A stretch of DNA of 64,000 nucleotides. Origin: Actinomycetota bacterium. Lineage in GTDB: Bacteria > Actinomycetota > CADDZG01 > WHSQ01. The translations under genes were made by a program, and so were the position numbers. Below, piece by piece: positions 54,920 to 64,000 of this stretch (position 1 is its first letter; every line of letters begins with the position of its first letter). The notes under the pieces are model-generated. The model saw only the letters and a list, made by a program, of their open reading frames with translations, was not told the origin of the DNA and ran no database searches. Location: positions 5,531-69,530 of the forward strand of contig DATFFR010000014.1 in assembly GCA_035249925.1 (NCBI GenBank), written 5' to 3'.

Positions 54920-55968
54920 GACGACTGCTGTTGAGCTGCATCGCGGTCCTGTCCTTGATCGCGCCCGCGTGCGGCGAGCTCCTCGACCCCGCGGCCGCCG
55001 TCGTCAACGGCAAGAAGATCACCGTCGAGCAGATCTCGGCCGAGCTGGACCGGTTCGAGCGCTCCCCAGAGTTCGATCGCCTCGCCGAGCAGGGCGATGC
55101 CCAGGAGCTGAAGCGACAGGTCGAGCAACAGATCCTGTCCCAGGAGATCCGCCGCGCGGTGTTGGAGCCCAAGGCCGACGAGGTCGGGATCGAGGTCACG
55201 GACGAAGACGTTCAGGAGCGGCTCGAGCAGGTCAAGGCCGACTTCCCGAACGAGGGCGCCTTCGCCGAGACCCTCAAGGAACAAGGGCTGACGCTCGACC
55301 AGCTCGAGGGCTTCTTGCGCGACAACATCCTCGAGGAGCAGCTCCGGACAGAGATCACCAAGGACGCCGGGCCCACCGACGAGGAGCTGCAGGCGCACTA
55401 CGACGAGAACATCGCCGATTTCCAAGAGACCGAGGCGCAACACATCCTCGTCGACGACAAGGCCCTGGCAGCGCGACTCGCCCGCCAACTGAAGGCGGCG
55501 CCCCGGAACCAGATCGACGATCTATTCGCGCGGCTGGCCGAGCGGTACTCGACCGACGAGGGCAGCGCGGCCACCGGGGGCGAGCTCGGCTACTTCAAGC
55601 CCGGTGACTTCGTGCCTCCTTTCGAGAAGGCCGCCGACGCTCTCGAGATCGGCGAGATATCCGATCCGGTGAGATCGGAGTTCGGGTTCCACGTGATCCG
55701 CGTGACCGACCGGCGCGTTGCGGAGTTCGGCGACGTCGTCGAAGACATCCGTTCCGAGATCGGCGCGGGGGCCGAGGACGAGGCGTGGGACTCGTTCGTC
55801 GAAGAGGCCTACTCAGAAGCCGACGTCAAGGTGAACCCGCGCTACGGCGAATTCGACGAGGAGACTCTCCAGGTGGTCGATCCCACGGCCGAGGACGTCC
55901 CGGGGGCCGAGGAGGGAGGCGCGCCCGCGCCCACGCCGAGCGGCGGGCCCGCTCCCACCGAACCATAG
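54916..55968 (+). CDS. Parvulin-type peptidyl-prolyl isomerase lipoprotein (SurA/PrsA-like)
   Basis: Its ATG overlaps the mfd stop (ATGA). Lipobox LIAPAC, then a SurA-N-like helical part and the PpiC domain (AQHILV...GGELGYFKPGDFVPPFE...SEFGFHVIRV). Confidence 0.85.
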   Translation: MRRLLLSCIAVLSLIAPACGELLDPAAAVVNGKKITVEQISAELDRFERSPEFDRLAEQGDAQELKRQVEQQILSQEIRRAVLEPKADEVGIEVTDEDVQERLEQVKADFPNEGAFAETLKEQGLTLDQLEGFLRDNILEEQLRTEITKDAGPTDEELQAHYDENIADFQETEAQHILVDDKALAARLARQLKAAPRNQIDDLFARLAERYSTDEGSAATGGELGYFKPGDFVPPFEKAADALEIGEISDPVRSEFGFHVIRVTDRRVAEFGDVVEDIRSEIGAGAEDEAWDSFVEEAYSEADVKVNPRYGEFDEETLQVVDPTAEDVPGAEEGGAPAPTPSGGPAPTEP

Positions 55969-56135
55969 GTGCGTGCCTCGGCCGGTGGGGCTGGTGATGG
56001 TTTGGCGACGCGGAAAGCAAGCATCGCAAGGCCGCAGGGAGCCCGGATAGTGGAGCTATCCGTGCGACTGAGAACGCCGCGAGGCGCCGTCTTTCCGCCG
56101 CCAAAGCGCGGCGTGTCCCGCTGGTCGAGGCACTG

Positions 56136-57104
56136 ATGCCGCTCCTGGTCGTCGTAGCCGCGCCGGACGAGGCGGGGTCGGTGACGCTGAGCGAATGGGA
56201 TGCTTTGAGCGCACGTGAGCGCGTCCTGTTCGAGCGCGAAGACCACCCTTTGATCGCGCGTCTGACCGCTCTGGGAATCGCCGCGGGCCCTTTCGACGAC
56301 GAACCGGTGGCCGGCGACGATCGCACCGCGCTGGTGGCCGATCCAGGGTCCGTTCGCATCGTCGAGCTGGCGCGCGCGGGAGCCGAGATCCGCTCCGGTG
56401 CCGTGGAGGCTCCCGACATGCTTACGGTGGCGCACGGGAGCCGGGTGGCGAGGCGCGCCTCGAGGTCGCTCGGGGGTCTGGCGGTGGTGATGGCCCGGCT
56501 TCGCAGCGCCGACGGTTGCCCCTGGGATCAGGAGCAGACCCACGAATCTCTCCGCGTCCACCTCGTCGAGGAGGCGTACGAGGTGTTGGACGCGATCGAC
56601 CGTGGCGCTCTGACCGAGGACCTGGAGGAGGAGCTCGGCGATCTCCTGCTGCAGGTCTACTTCCATGCACAGCTGGCGGCCGACGATGGTCGGTTCGACG
56701 TCGCCGAGGTGGCCGAGCGTTTGGTCGCGAAGTTGGTGCACCGCCATCCCCACGTCTTCGGCGACATCGCGGTCTCCGGAGCCGGCGAGGTCGTGCGCAA
56801 CTGGGAGTCGATCAAGGCCGCGGAGAAGGAGCGATCCGGGGCATTCGACGACGTGCCTGCCGGGCTCCCGGCCCTGCTCTATTCGTCCAAGATCCAGAAG
56901 CGGGCGGCGTCCCTGGGGTTTCATCCCACCGAGGAGGAAGCGCTCGGCAAGCTATCCCAGGCCGTCGCCGAGCTCTCCGCCGATCCGCAGCGGGAGCGAT
57001 TCGGGGAGGTGCTGTTCTGGTTCGTCGCCCTGGCCCGGGCCCTCGGGATCGACCCGGAGGGTGCCCTGCGAGCCGCGGCCGTCAGGTTCCGAGACAGTTT
57101 CTAG
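56136..57104 (+). CDS. mazG: Nucleoside triphosphate pyrophosphohydrolase MazG
   Basis: CPWDQEQTHESLRVHLVEEAYEVLDAI...EELGDLLLQV, with a second half-domain repeat. Confidence 0.88.
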   Translation: MPLLVVVAAPDEAGSVTLSEWDALSARERVLFEREDHPLIARLTALGIAAGPFDDEPVAGDDRTALVADPGSVRIVELARAGAEIRSGAVEAPDMLTVAHGSRVARRASRSLGGLAVVMARLRSADGCPWDQEQTHESLRVHLVEEAYEVLDAIDRGALTEDLEEELGDLLLQVYFHAQLAADDGRFDVAEVAERLVAKLVHRHPHVFGDIAVSGAGEVVRNWESIKAAEKERSGAFDDVPAGLPALLYSSKIQKRAASLGFHPTEEEALGKLSQAVAELSADPQRERFGEVLFWFVALARALGIDPEGALRAAAVRFRDSF

Positions 57105-57320
57105 CGCCCGGGTCAGGGGTCCGCTGATGAATTCGGCGAGAGATGGGCGTCGCTCGCAAGGACGACGACGGAGCCAGGGTGGGGCCCTGGTGACGAGGAG
57201 GACGCCGCGAGCGGCGTCCAGATCCGTCGAATTCGCGGCATGACCTCTGAGTCGGGGCGCCTAGCTCCCGCATCTCAGGCGGGACCCCTGTTACTGTTGT
57301 GGCTGCTGATTCAGTAGTAA

Positions 57321-59050
<1,730 letters not shown>

Positions 59051-59080
59051 GCTTTTTCGGCCCCGCGCACGCGGGGTACG

Positions 59081-59449
59081 ATGGGGTTCATGGTTGAAGT
59101 AGGCGCCGTAGTTCAGGGCACCATCGAGAAGGTCACCGATTACGGGGCGTTCGTGAAGCTCGAGTCGGGCGAGAGCGGCATGGTGCACATCTCCCAAGTA
59201 GACGTGAACTACGTCAAGAACATCCGCGATTTCATCAAGGAAGGCGACACCGTCCAGGTCAAGGTCGTGGGCCAGAAGGAAGACGGCAAGATCGATCTCT
59301 CGATCAAGCAGGCCCAGGCGGGCTACACCGAACAGGCTCCACGCCGTGGGGGCCGGGATCCCGAGTTCGAGCGCAAGCTCAAGACCTTCATGAGTCAGTC
59401 GCAGGAGCGGCTGGTCGACCTGAAACGCCACAAGGAAGGGCGCAGGTAG
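59081..59449 (+). CDS. S1 RNA-binding domain protein
   Basis: VGAVVQGTIEKVTDYGAFVKLESGESGMVHISQV...GDTVQVKVVG...GKIDLSIK. Confidence 0.85.
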   Translation: MGFMVEVGAVVQGTIEKVTDYGAFVKLESGESGMVHISQVDVNYVKNIRDFIKEGDTVQVKVVGQKEDGKIDLSIKQAQAGYTEQAPRRGGRDPEFERKLKTFMSQSQERLVDLKRHKEGRR

Positions 59450-59526
59450 CTTCGCTTTCGCACTCCGCCGACGACCGTCGCGTCGTCGAGCATCAGCTCG
59501 GTAGACCTCTTCGAGGCCGGTGGGCC

Positions 59527-59949
59527 GTGGCGCGCAGGTGCCACCTCGGCGTTCCGATGGTGATCGAGAACCATCCCGTCCTCGAAGACGGCTCTCCCTT
59601 CCCGACGTTGTACTGGTTGACGTGTCCGGTTCTGGTGAAGCGCGCCAGCAAGCTGGAGTCCGAAGGCTGGATGAGCTCACTGAACGAGCGTCTGGAGTCG
59701 GACGACGGTCTCAAGGAGCGGTTGGGGGAGGCCGTCCTCGCCTACGCACGCGCGCGCGATGCCCACGTAAGTCTCGAACCGGCCCCCGCTCCGCCCGGCG
59801 GTGGCCCAGACCGCGTCAAGTGTCTGCACGCGCACACCGCTCACCAGCTCGTGACGCAGAACCCGGTCGGGGCTCTCGTGCTGTCGCAGGCCGGCTTCCC
59901 CGACTGCCGCCTCCCGTGCGTCGATCGGCCGGGCCGGACCAACGGATGA
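59527..59949 (+). CDS. DUF501-domain protein (N-terminus probably extends upstream)
   Basis: RRCHLGVPMVIENHPVLEDGSPFPTLYWLTCP...VKCLHAH. Family-like residues (VVEHQLGRPLRGRWAV) continue in frame upstream of the first ATG/GTG/TTG. Confidence 0.78.
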   Translation: MARRCHLGVPMVIENHPVLEDGSPFPTLYWLTCPVLVKRASKLESEGWMSSLNERLESDDGLKERLGEAVLAYARARDAHVSLEPAPAPPGGGPDRVKCLHAHTAHQLVTQNPVGALVLSQAGFPDCRLPCVDRPGRTNG

Positions 59950-60878
59950 GGGTCGCGGCGATCGACGTGGGCACGAACTCAACCAGGCTCCTCGTGGCGG
60001 AGGGCCTCGGCGACGGTTTCCGCTCGGTCGAGCGGCGGATGGTCATCACGCGCCTCGGTCAGGGAGTCGACAGCCGGAGGGTGCTGGCCCCGGAAGCGCT
60101 TCAACGAACGCTCGCCACGATCGCCGATTACGCGGCGACGTGCGGGGAGCTCGGCGTCCAGAGGATGAGGGTGACGGGCACGTCGGCGGTACGCGACGCG
60201 CACAACCGCGACGAGTTCTTCGCCGGCGTCCGGCATCTGACCGGCACGGAGGCTGAGCTTCTCACCGGCGAGGCGGAGGCCACGGCTACCTTCCTCGGGG
60301 TCCTCTCGGACCTGAAGGAGCCCGGCCATGTCTTGGTGGTGGACATCGGCGGCGGCTCGACGGAGTTCGTCGTCGGCAGGGCGTTGCCCGAGCGTGTTGC
60401 CTCGCTCGACATCGGCTGTGTCCGCATGTTCGAGAAGCACCTCCACTCCGATCCACCCGCGATCGAGGAGCTGGAGGCCCTCAGGGAGGAGGTACGCGGT
60501 GAGCTGGAAGGCGTCGCGACCTATCTCGAGGTCCCCGCGGGCAGCCGGCTGGTCGGCGTTGCAGGCACGGTTACACAGCTGGCGGCCTTGAAGGCGGGGA
60601 TCCCGGTGTACGACCCCGACGTGACCCATCACGCGGTCCTCACCCACGGCGACGTGCGCCTGCTGGCGCGTCGCCTCGAATCGCTCACCTACCCGCAGCG
60701 CAAACGGATCAAGGGTCTGGAGCCCGGCCGAGCCGACGTGATCGTCGCCGGGGCCGAGATCCTCCTATGCGTGATGGAGGCGTTCGACTGCGCCGAGGTC
60801 CTGACGTCGGAGAAGGACATCCTCGACGGATTGGTGATCCAGCTCTTGGACGAAACGGACATTTCGGAAACCCCCTAG
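59946..60878 (+). CDS. ppx: Ppx/GppA-family exopolyphosphatase
   Basis: MRVAAIDVGTNSTRLLVAE...VVDIGGGSTEFV. Its ATG overlaps the DUF501 stop (ATGA). Confidence 0.9.
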   Translation: MRVAAIDVGTNSTRLLVAEGLGDGFRSVERRMVITRLGQGVDSRRVLAPEALQRTLATIADYAATCGELGVQRMRVTGTSAVRDAHNRDEFFAGVRHLTGTEAELLTGEAEATATFLGVLSDLKEPGHVLVVDIGGGSTEFVVGRALPERVASLDIGCVRMFEKHLHSDPPAIEELEALREEVRGELEGVATYLEVPAGSRLVGVAGTVTQLAALKAGIPVYDPDVTHHAVLTHGDVRLLARRLESLTYPQRKRIKGLEPGRADVIVAGAEILLCVMEAFDCAEVLTSEKDILDGLVIQLLDETDISETP

Positions 60879-60961
60879 GCGCGGGGTGCCTCTCCCGTAA
60901 CTATTCGGAGACGGTTGAAGGCGACCCTGTTCCAGTCCGGAACGGGAAAAGGAGGTCCATC

Positions 60962-62182
60962 TTGCTTAGAAGGAAGAAGCGCGCGGCTGCGCTCCTGGCA
61001 TTCGCGGTGCTAACCGGGGTTTTGAGCGTCGGCCCTGGGGCGAAGGCCAACCACGACGCGACCCTGAACATCCAGGTGGGAGCCGGCCTGGACACACCAC
61101 GCGCTGCATCGATGCGTTTCCTGGCTCCGCGCATCGTCAACGTCCATCGCGGCGATCAGGTGACATTCGATGTGACCGGGCCGCACACCGCCACGTTGCT
61201 TCCCGCCGACACGAGCGCGCAAGACTGGCTCGACGAGAACTTTGGGCTCGATCGGGATTTCTTCTACATCCAGCCCGACGACGAGGCCGGTGCATACAAC
61301 GACGCGTTCGCTTCGATCGACGAGCCGACCGACCCGGCGTGTGGCGGGGTCGACGAGCCGACCTGCGACTTCAACGGAGCCGGCGTCCTGAACTCCGGAA
61401 GTGCATTCGGTCAGGGCGGCGACCCGGAGGCGCCCCCGGTGGAGCACTTCACGTTCACCGCCGAGATCGACGTCGCCCAGGGCTCGACCGTCTGGGTCGT
61501 CTGTTTGGCCCATCCCCACATGCGCATGAAGATCAACGTAGTGGACAACAACTCGGCCACCACCACCCAGGCCGACATCGACGGGGCCGAGGCGGCGCAG
61601 CTGGCCATGGACAACGAGTGGGCCGCGGCGACGCACGCCAAGATGAAGGCGAAGAATTCGAGCCACGTGGGTGCCGATGGTCGCCGCGTGGTGGACGCCT
61701 GGGCCGGCGTCGAGAACCACCACGCCTCGATCATGCAGTTCTACCCCCGCAAGCTGAACCTCAGGAAGGGCGACACCGTGCGTTGGCACTTCACGGACCT
61801 CGTGTACGAGGACCACACCGTGTCGCTGCCGATCCCAACGATCTTCGGGATCAACTTCGGCGCCCTCGAATGTGACCCGGGCGACGGGGCCGACACCCCC
61901 GCCAACGAGGACCCGAACGCCGGGCCCCCTTGTGCCGAGGGAGAGACCGTGGAGTTCGAGAACGGCGCTGAGTTCCTCTTCGGGACGGGCGACGGGGTGC
62001 TTCGGAAGGGCGCCGACATGGAGAACTCCGGGGTGCGGGGCGCCAACGTGCTTTACGCGACGCCGCCGTTCCACGGCGTCGACCCGTACGACGTCAAGTT
62101 CAACCGGACCTCCGGCGAGCGCCCGATCCGCTACCTGTGCTTCCTGCACGACCGCATGGGCGGCAGCATCGTCGTCAAGTAG
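60962..62182 (+). CDS. Secreted double-cupredoxin-like protein, paralogue A (two complete type-1 Cu ligand sets)
   Basis: TTG start 7 nt after AAGGAGG, and signal peptide MLLRRKKRAAALLAFAVLTGVLSVGPGAKA. The N-domain has GPHTATL and CLAHPHM (C-x2-H-x2-M). The C-domain has EDHTVSL and CFLHDRM (C-x2-H-x2-M, as in amicyanin). Confidence 0.75.
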   Translation: MLRRKKRAAALLAFAVLTGVLSVGPGAKANHDATLNIQVGAGLDTPRAASMRFLAPRIVNVHRGDQVTFDVTGPHTATLLPADTSAQDWLDENFGLDRDFFYIQPDDEAGAYNDAFASIDEPTDPACGGVDEPTCDFNGAGVLNSGSAFGQGGDPEAPPVEHFTFTAEIDVAQGSTVWVVCLAHPHMRMKINVVDNNSATTTQADIDGAEAAQLAMDNEWAAATHAKMKAKNSSHVGADGRRVVDAWAGVENHHASIMQFYPRKLNLRKGDTVRWHFTDLVYEDHTVSLPIPTIFGINFGALECDPGDGADTPANEDPNAGPPCAEGETVEFENGAEFLFGTGDGVLRKGADMENSGVRGANVLYATPPFHGVDPYDVKFNRTSGERPIRYLCFLHDRMGGSIVVK

Positions 62183-62197
62183 CTAGCCATTGCTCGT

Positions 62198-62231
62198 CGA
62201 GGGGGCGGTCCCTTTGGGGGCCGCCCCCTCG
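62198..62231 (+). terminator. Strong GC hairpin after paralogue A
   Basis: CGAGGGGGCGGTCCC-TTTG-GGGGCCGCCCCCTCG gives a stem of about 15 bp. No T-tract. Confidence 0.6.
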
Positions 62232-62353
62232 CGTCTACGAACTACTACGTAGATTCCGGCCTACCTCCTATCGCCGGAGGACCAACCCGGTAACGATGCC
62301 GTCACGGTTGTCGGCCAGGTTGCTTCCAGCGGAAGCGGAGAAGGAGGTTCCAC

Positions 62354-63553
62354 TTGTTGCTCAGGCAGAAACGTCGCGTCGGTGCGCTGGTCGCGCTGGC
62401 GGTAGTGAGCGCGTTGTTCGTCCCGGGCTCGGCGAGAGCCGCAGAGACGTTCAACATCATCGTCGCGCAGGACTTCTTCAACGCCGGCGTCCCGGCCTTC
62501 TCGGCGCGCGTTTATCCGGGTTCGGTCCGCGTCCACACCGGGGACACCCTTGTATTCACCAACGGCGGGATCGCACTCGGTCCGGCAGGCCAGTACCCGC
62601 AGGAGTTCCTTGGGGAGAACTGGGCCAAGATCGACCAGGACTGGTTCTACTTCATGTCCGATCCCGATGACGGAGAGCGCGCTCTCAAATTCAACGAGAA
62701 GGTCTTTGCTGCCGGTGACTGTGGGACGGTGGACAACCCGTGCGAATGGACCGGGGCGGAGGCCGACCTCGTGGTGCCGGGCGAGCCCGCTGAGGACGGT
62801 CTGTTCTATGTGAACGTGGCGGCTCTCCCGGGCACCACTCTGTGGGGCGCAAGCGCTCCCTTCGCCGACATCGGGGTCAACTTCAAGGTCGAGGTCGTCG
62901 GCCCACAGGACGCCGCGTCCACCCAAGCTGAGTTGGACCAGCGCGCGAACCAGTTGATGAGGAAGGACTACGAGGACGTCCTCGCTCTTCATGCACGCAT
63001 GAACGCGAAGCGCACCTCCCACACGACCGCTTCGGGCCAGAAGGTCTACGACGTCTTCGTGGGGGCCGTCGGCGGCCCGATCGAGATCTTTGCCTCGTAC
63101 CCCAGGAAGATCAGCGTCCCCGAGGGCGCGCGGGTTCAGTACCACTTTGCCGGTGAGATGGAGCTGCATACGGCCACCTTCGGCGGCCCGAATGCGCAGG
63201 AGGAGTTCAACACGGGCATCTTCCCCTTCTGCGATCCCGACGGTGACGAGGGCACGGCTGCCGACACCGAAGTGACCGAGTTCACCGAGCAAGGGGATCC
63301 CGTCTGTCCGGAGGGTTCCACCGTCGAGTTCGACGTCTCGAACCGCACCGCTTTCGAGACCGGGGACGGGCGAGTTATGAGGAGCAGCGACTACGAGAAC
63401 TCTGGTATCAAACAGCCGCTGTATCCCGACGGTAGCGATTTCGAATCGACCCCTTGGACCGTGCGGTTCCCGAACGCCTCGAACGACAAGGGGTTCAAGT
63501 ACATCTGTTTGGTGCACGGCGGTTTCATGGGCGGCCGGGTGGTCGTCAAGTAG
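62354..63553 (+). CDS. Secreted double-cupredoxin-like protein, paralogue B (N-domain ligands lost, C-domain intact)
   Basis: TTG start after AAGGAGG, and signal peptide MLLRQKRRVGALVALAVVSALFVPGSARA. It is collinear with paralogue A (e.g. YPRK..V..G..V.YHF, CPEGSTVEF, ENSG). The C-domain has ELHTATF and CLVHGGFM. The N-domain lacks the His/Cys/His/Met ligands. Confidence 0.75.
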   Translation: MLLRQKRRVGALVALAVVSALFVPGSARAAETFNIIVAQDFFNAGVPAFSARVYPGSVRVHTGDTLVFTNGGIALGPAGQYPQEFLGENWAKIDQDWFYFMSDPDDGERALKFNEKVFAAGDCGTVDNPCEWTGAEADLVVPGEPAEDGLFYVNVAALPGTTLWGASAPFADIGVNFKVEVVGPQDAASTQAELDQRANQLMRKDYEDVLALHARMNAKRTSHTTASGQKVYDVFVGAVGGPIEIFASYPRKISVPEGARVQYHFAGEMELHTATFGGPNAQEEFNTGIFPFCDPDGDEGTAADTEVTEFTEQGDPVCPEGSTVEFDVSNRTAFETGDGRVMRSSDYENSGIKQPLYPDGSDFESTPWTVRFPNASNDKGFKYICLVHGGFMGGRVVVK

Positions 63554-63569
63554 AACGACGCACGATCTC

Positions 63570-63610
63570 GAGGGGGCGGTTCCGGCAAGGGGCCGCCCTC
63601 TCTGCTTTTC
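63570..63610 (+). terminator. Intrinsic terminator after paralogue B
   Basis: A GAGGGGGCGG...CCGCCCTCTC hairpin followed by TGCTTTTCC. The stem sequence is homologous to the hairpin after paralogue A. Confidence 0.7.
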
Positions 63611-63640
63611 CCGGGTGGAGCCGTTGGTAGCCTGCCCGGG

Positions 63641-64000
63641 ATGAGCGACCTCCTATGGGAACCCACTACCGACTACATCGAGCGGGCCAACGTGACCCGT
63701 CTGATGCGGAAGCACGGGATCGACGACTACCACCAGCTCGTAGAGCGGTCGCAGGACGACATCGAGTGGTTCTGGAACGCCGTCGTCGAGGACGTGGGGA
63801 TCGACTTCTTCAAGCCGTACGAGCGGATCCTGGACGCGTCGAAGGGGCCACAGTGGCCCCGCTGGTTCGTCGGCGCCACCGTCAATCTCACTTACAACTG
63901 CGTGGATCGCCACGCGGCAGGCAAGCTGAAGGACGCGCCCGCTCTGATCTGGGAGGGCGAGGAGGGCGCCACCCGAACCTTGAGCTACGCCGAGATGGGG
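63641..64000 (+). CDS. Acetyl-CoA synthetase-like AMP-forming ligase, N-terminal part (3' end outside window)
   Basis: Manual translation from the ATG at 63641 gives MSDLLWEPTTDYIERANVTRLMRKHGIDDYHQLVERSQDDIEWFWNAVVEDVGIDFFKPYERILD...VNLTYNCVDRHA...ALIWEGEEG..RTLSYAEM, typical of the Acs/AMP-binding N-terminus. The frame is open to the window end. Confidence 0.8.
   Translation, partial: MSDLLWEPTTDYIERANVTRLMRKHGIDDYHQLVERSQDDIEWFWNAVVEDVGIDFFKPYERILDASKGPQWPRWFVGATVNLTYNCVDRHAAGKLKDAPALIWEGEEGATRTLSYAEMG

Noticed and set aside
59520-59945. N-terminal extensions of track ORFs 59520-60878, 54094-55968 and 17262-18428
   Set aside because: The upstream parts overlap well-supported genes (DUF501, mfd, membrane protein) in other frames. 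The recognisable proteins (Ppx, PPIase, translin-like) start at internal starts that overlap or closely follow the upstream stop.

Overview
High-GC (Actinomycetota-like) chromosomal window, about 90% coding, annotated by reading the six-frame translations and the DNA only; no database searches were run. It splits into three parts. (1) 1-19 kb holds mixed housekeeping and envelope genes: rhodanese, GH25 muramidase, tldD/pmbA, uppP, MTAP, a GGDEF cyclase, galU, moaC and pepA. It also holds a Sec-signal RTX-like calcium-binding protein and a three-gene operon containing a translin/C3PO-like protein. (2) 19-36 kb looks accessory and regulatory. It contains a cytoplasmic PAS histidine kinase, a membrane GAF protein whose HisKA_3-like helix has Asn in place of the phospho-His and has no ATPase domain, and a stand-alone receiver. 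These are followed by a 1257-aa Zn-ribbon/SARP/degenerate-cyclase/P-loop/TPR regulator, a LuxR-type response regulator and a ~4-kb gene for a secreted protein (five tandem modules plus a C-terminal RTX block). Next come an orphan nitroreductase-fold protein, a secreted beta-helix protein, and a 1.6-kb integrase-less islet. The islet is bounded by tRNA-Ala(CGC) and a 44-bp perfect copy of its 3' half, and it carries a toxin-antitoxin-like pair. (3) 36-61 kb is the conserved actinobacterial block pmt-rsmI-metG-tatD-rsmA-ispE-tRNA-Gln-glmU-prs-...-rplY-pth-mfd-mazG-eno-ftsB-DUF501-ppx, with a few lineage-specific insertions. After it come two tandem paralogous secreted double-cupredoxin proteins and the 5' end of an acetyl-CoA-synthetase-like gene. 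No CRISPR array, rRNA, transposase or integrase was seen. The best candidates for something new are the 19-31 kb signalling cluster with its giant secreted protein, the tRNA-Ala islet, the translin-like operon and the cupredoxin pair. All functional calls are motif-level recognitions that need HMM or structure confirmation.
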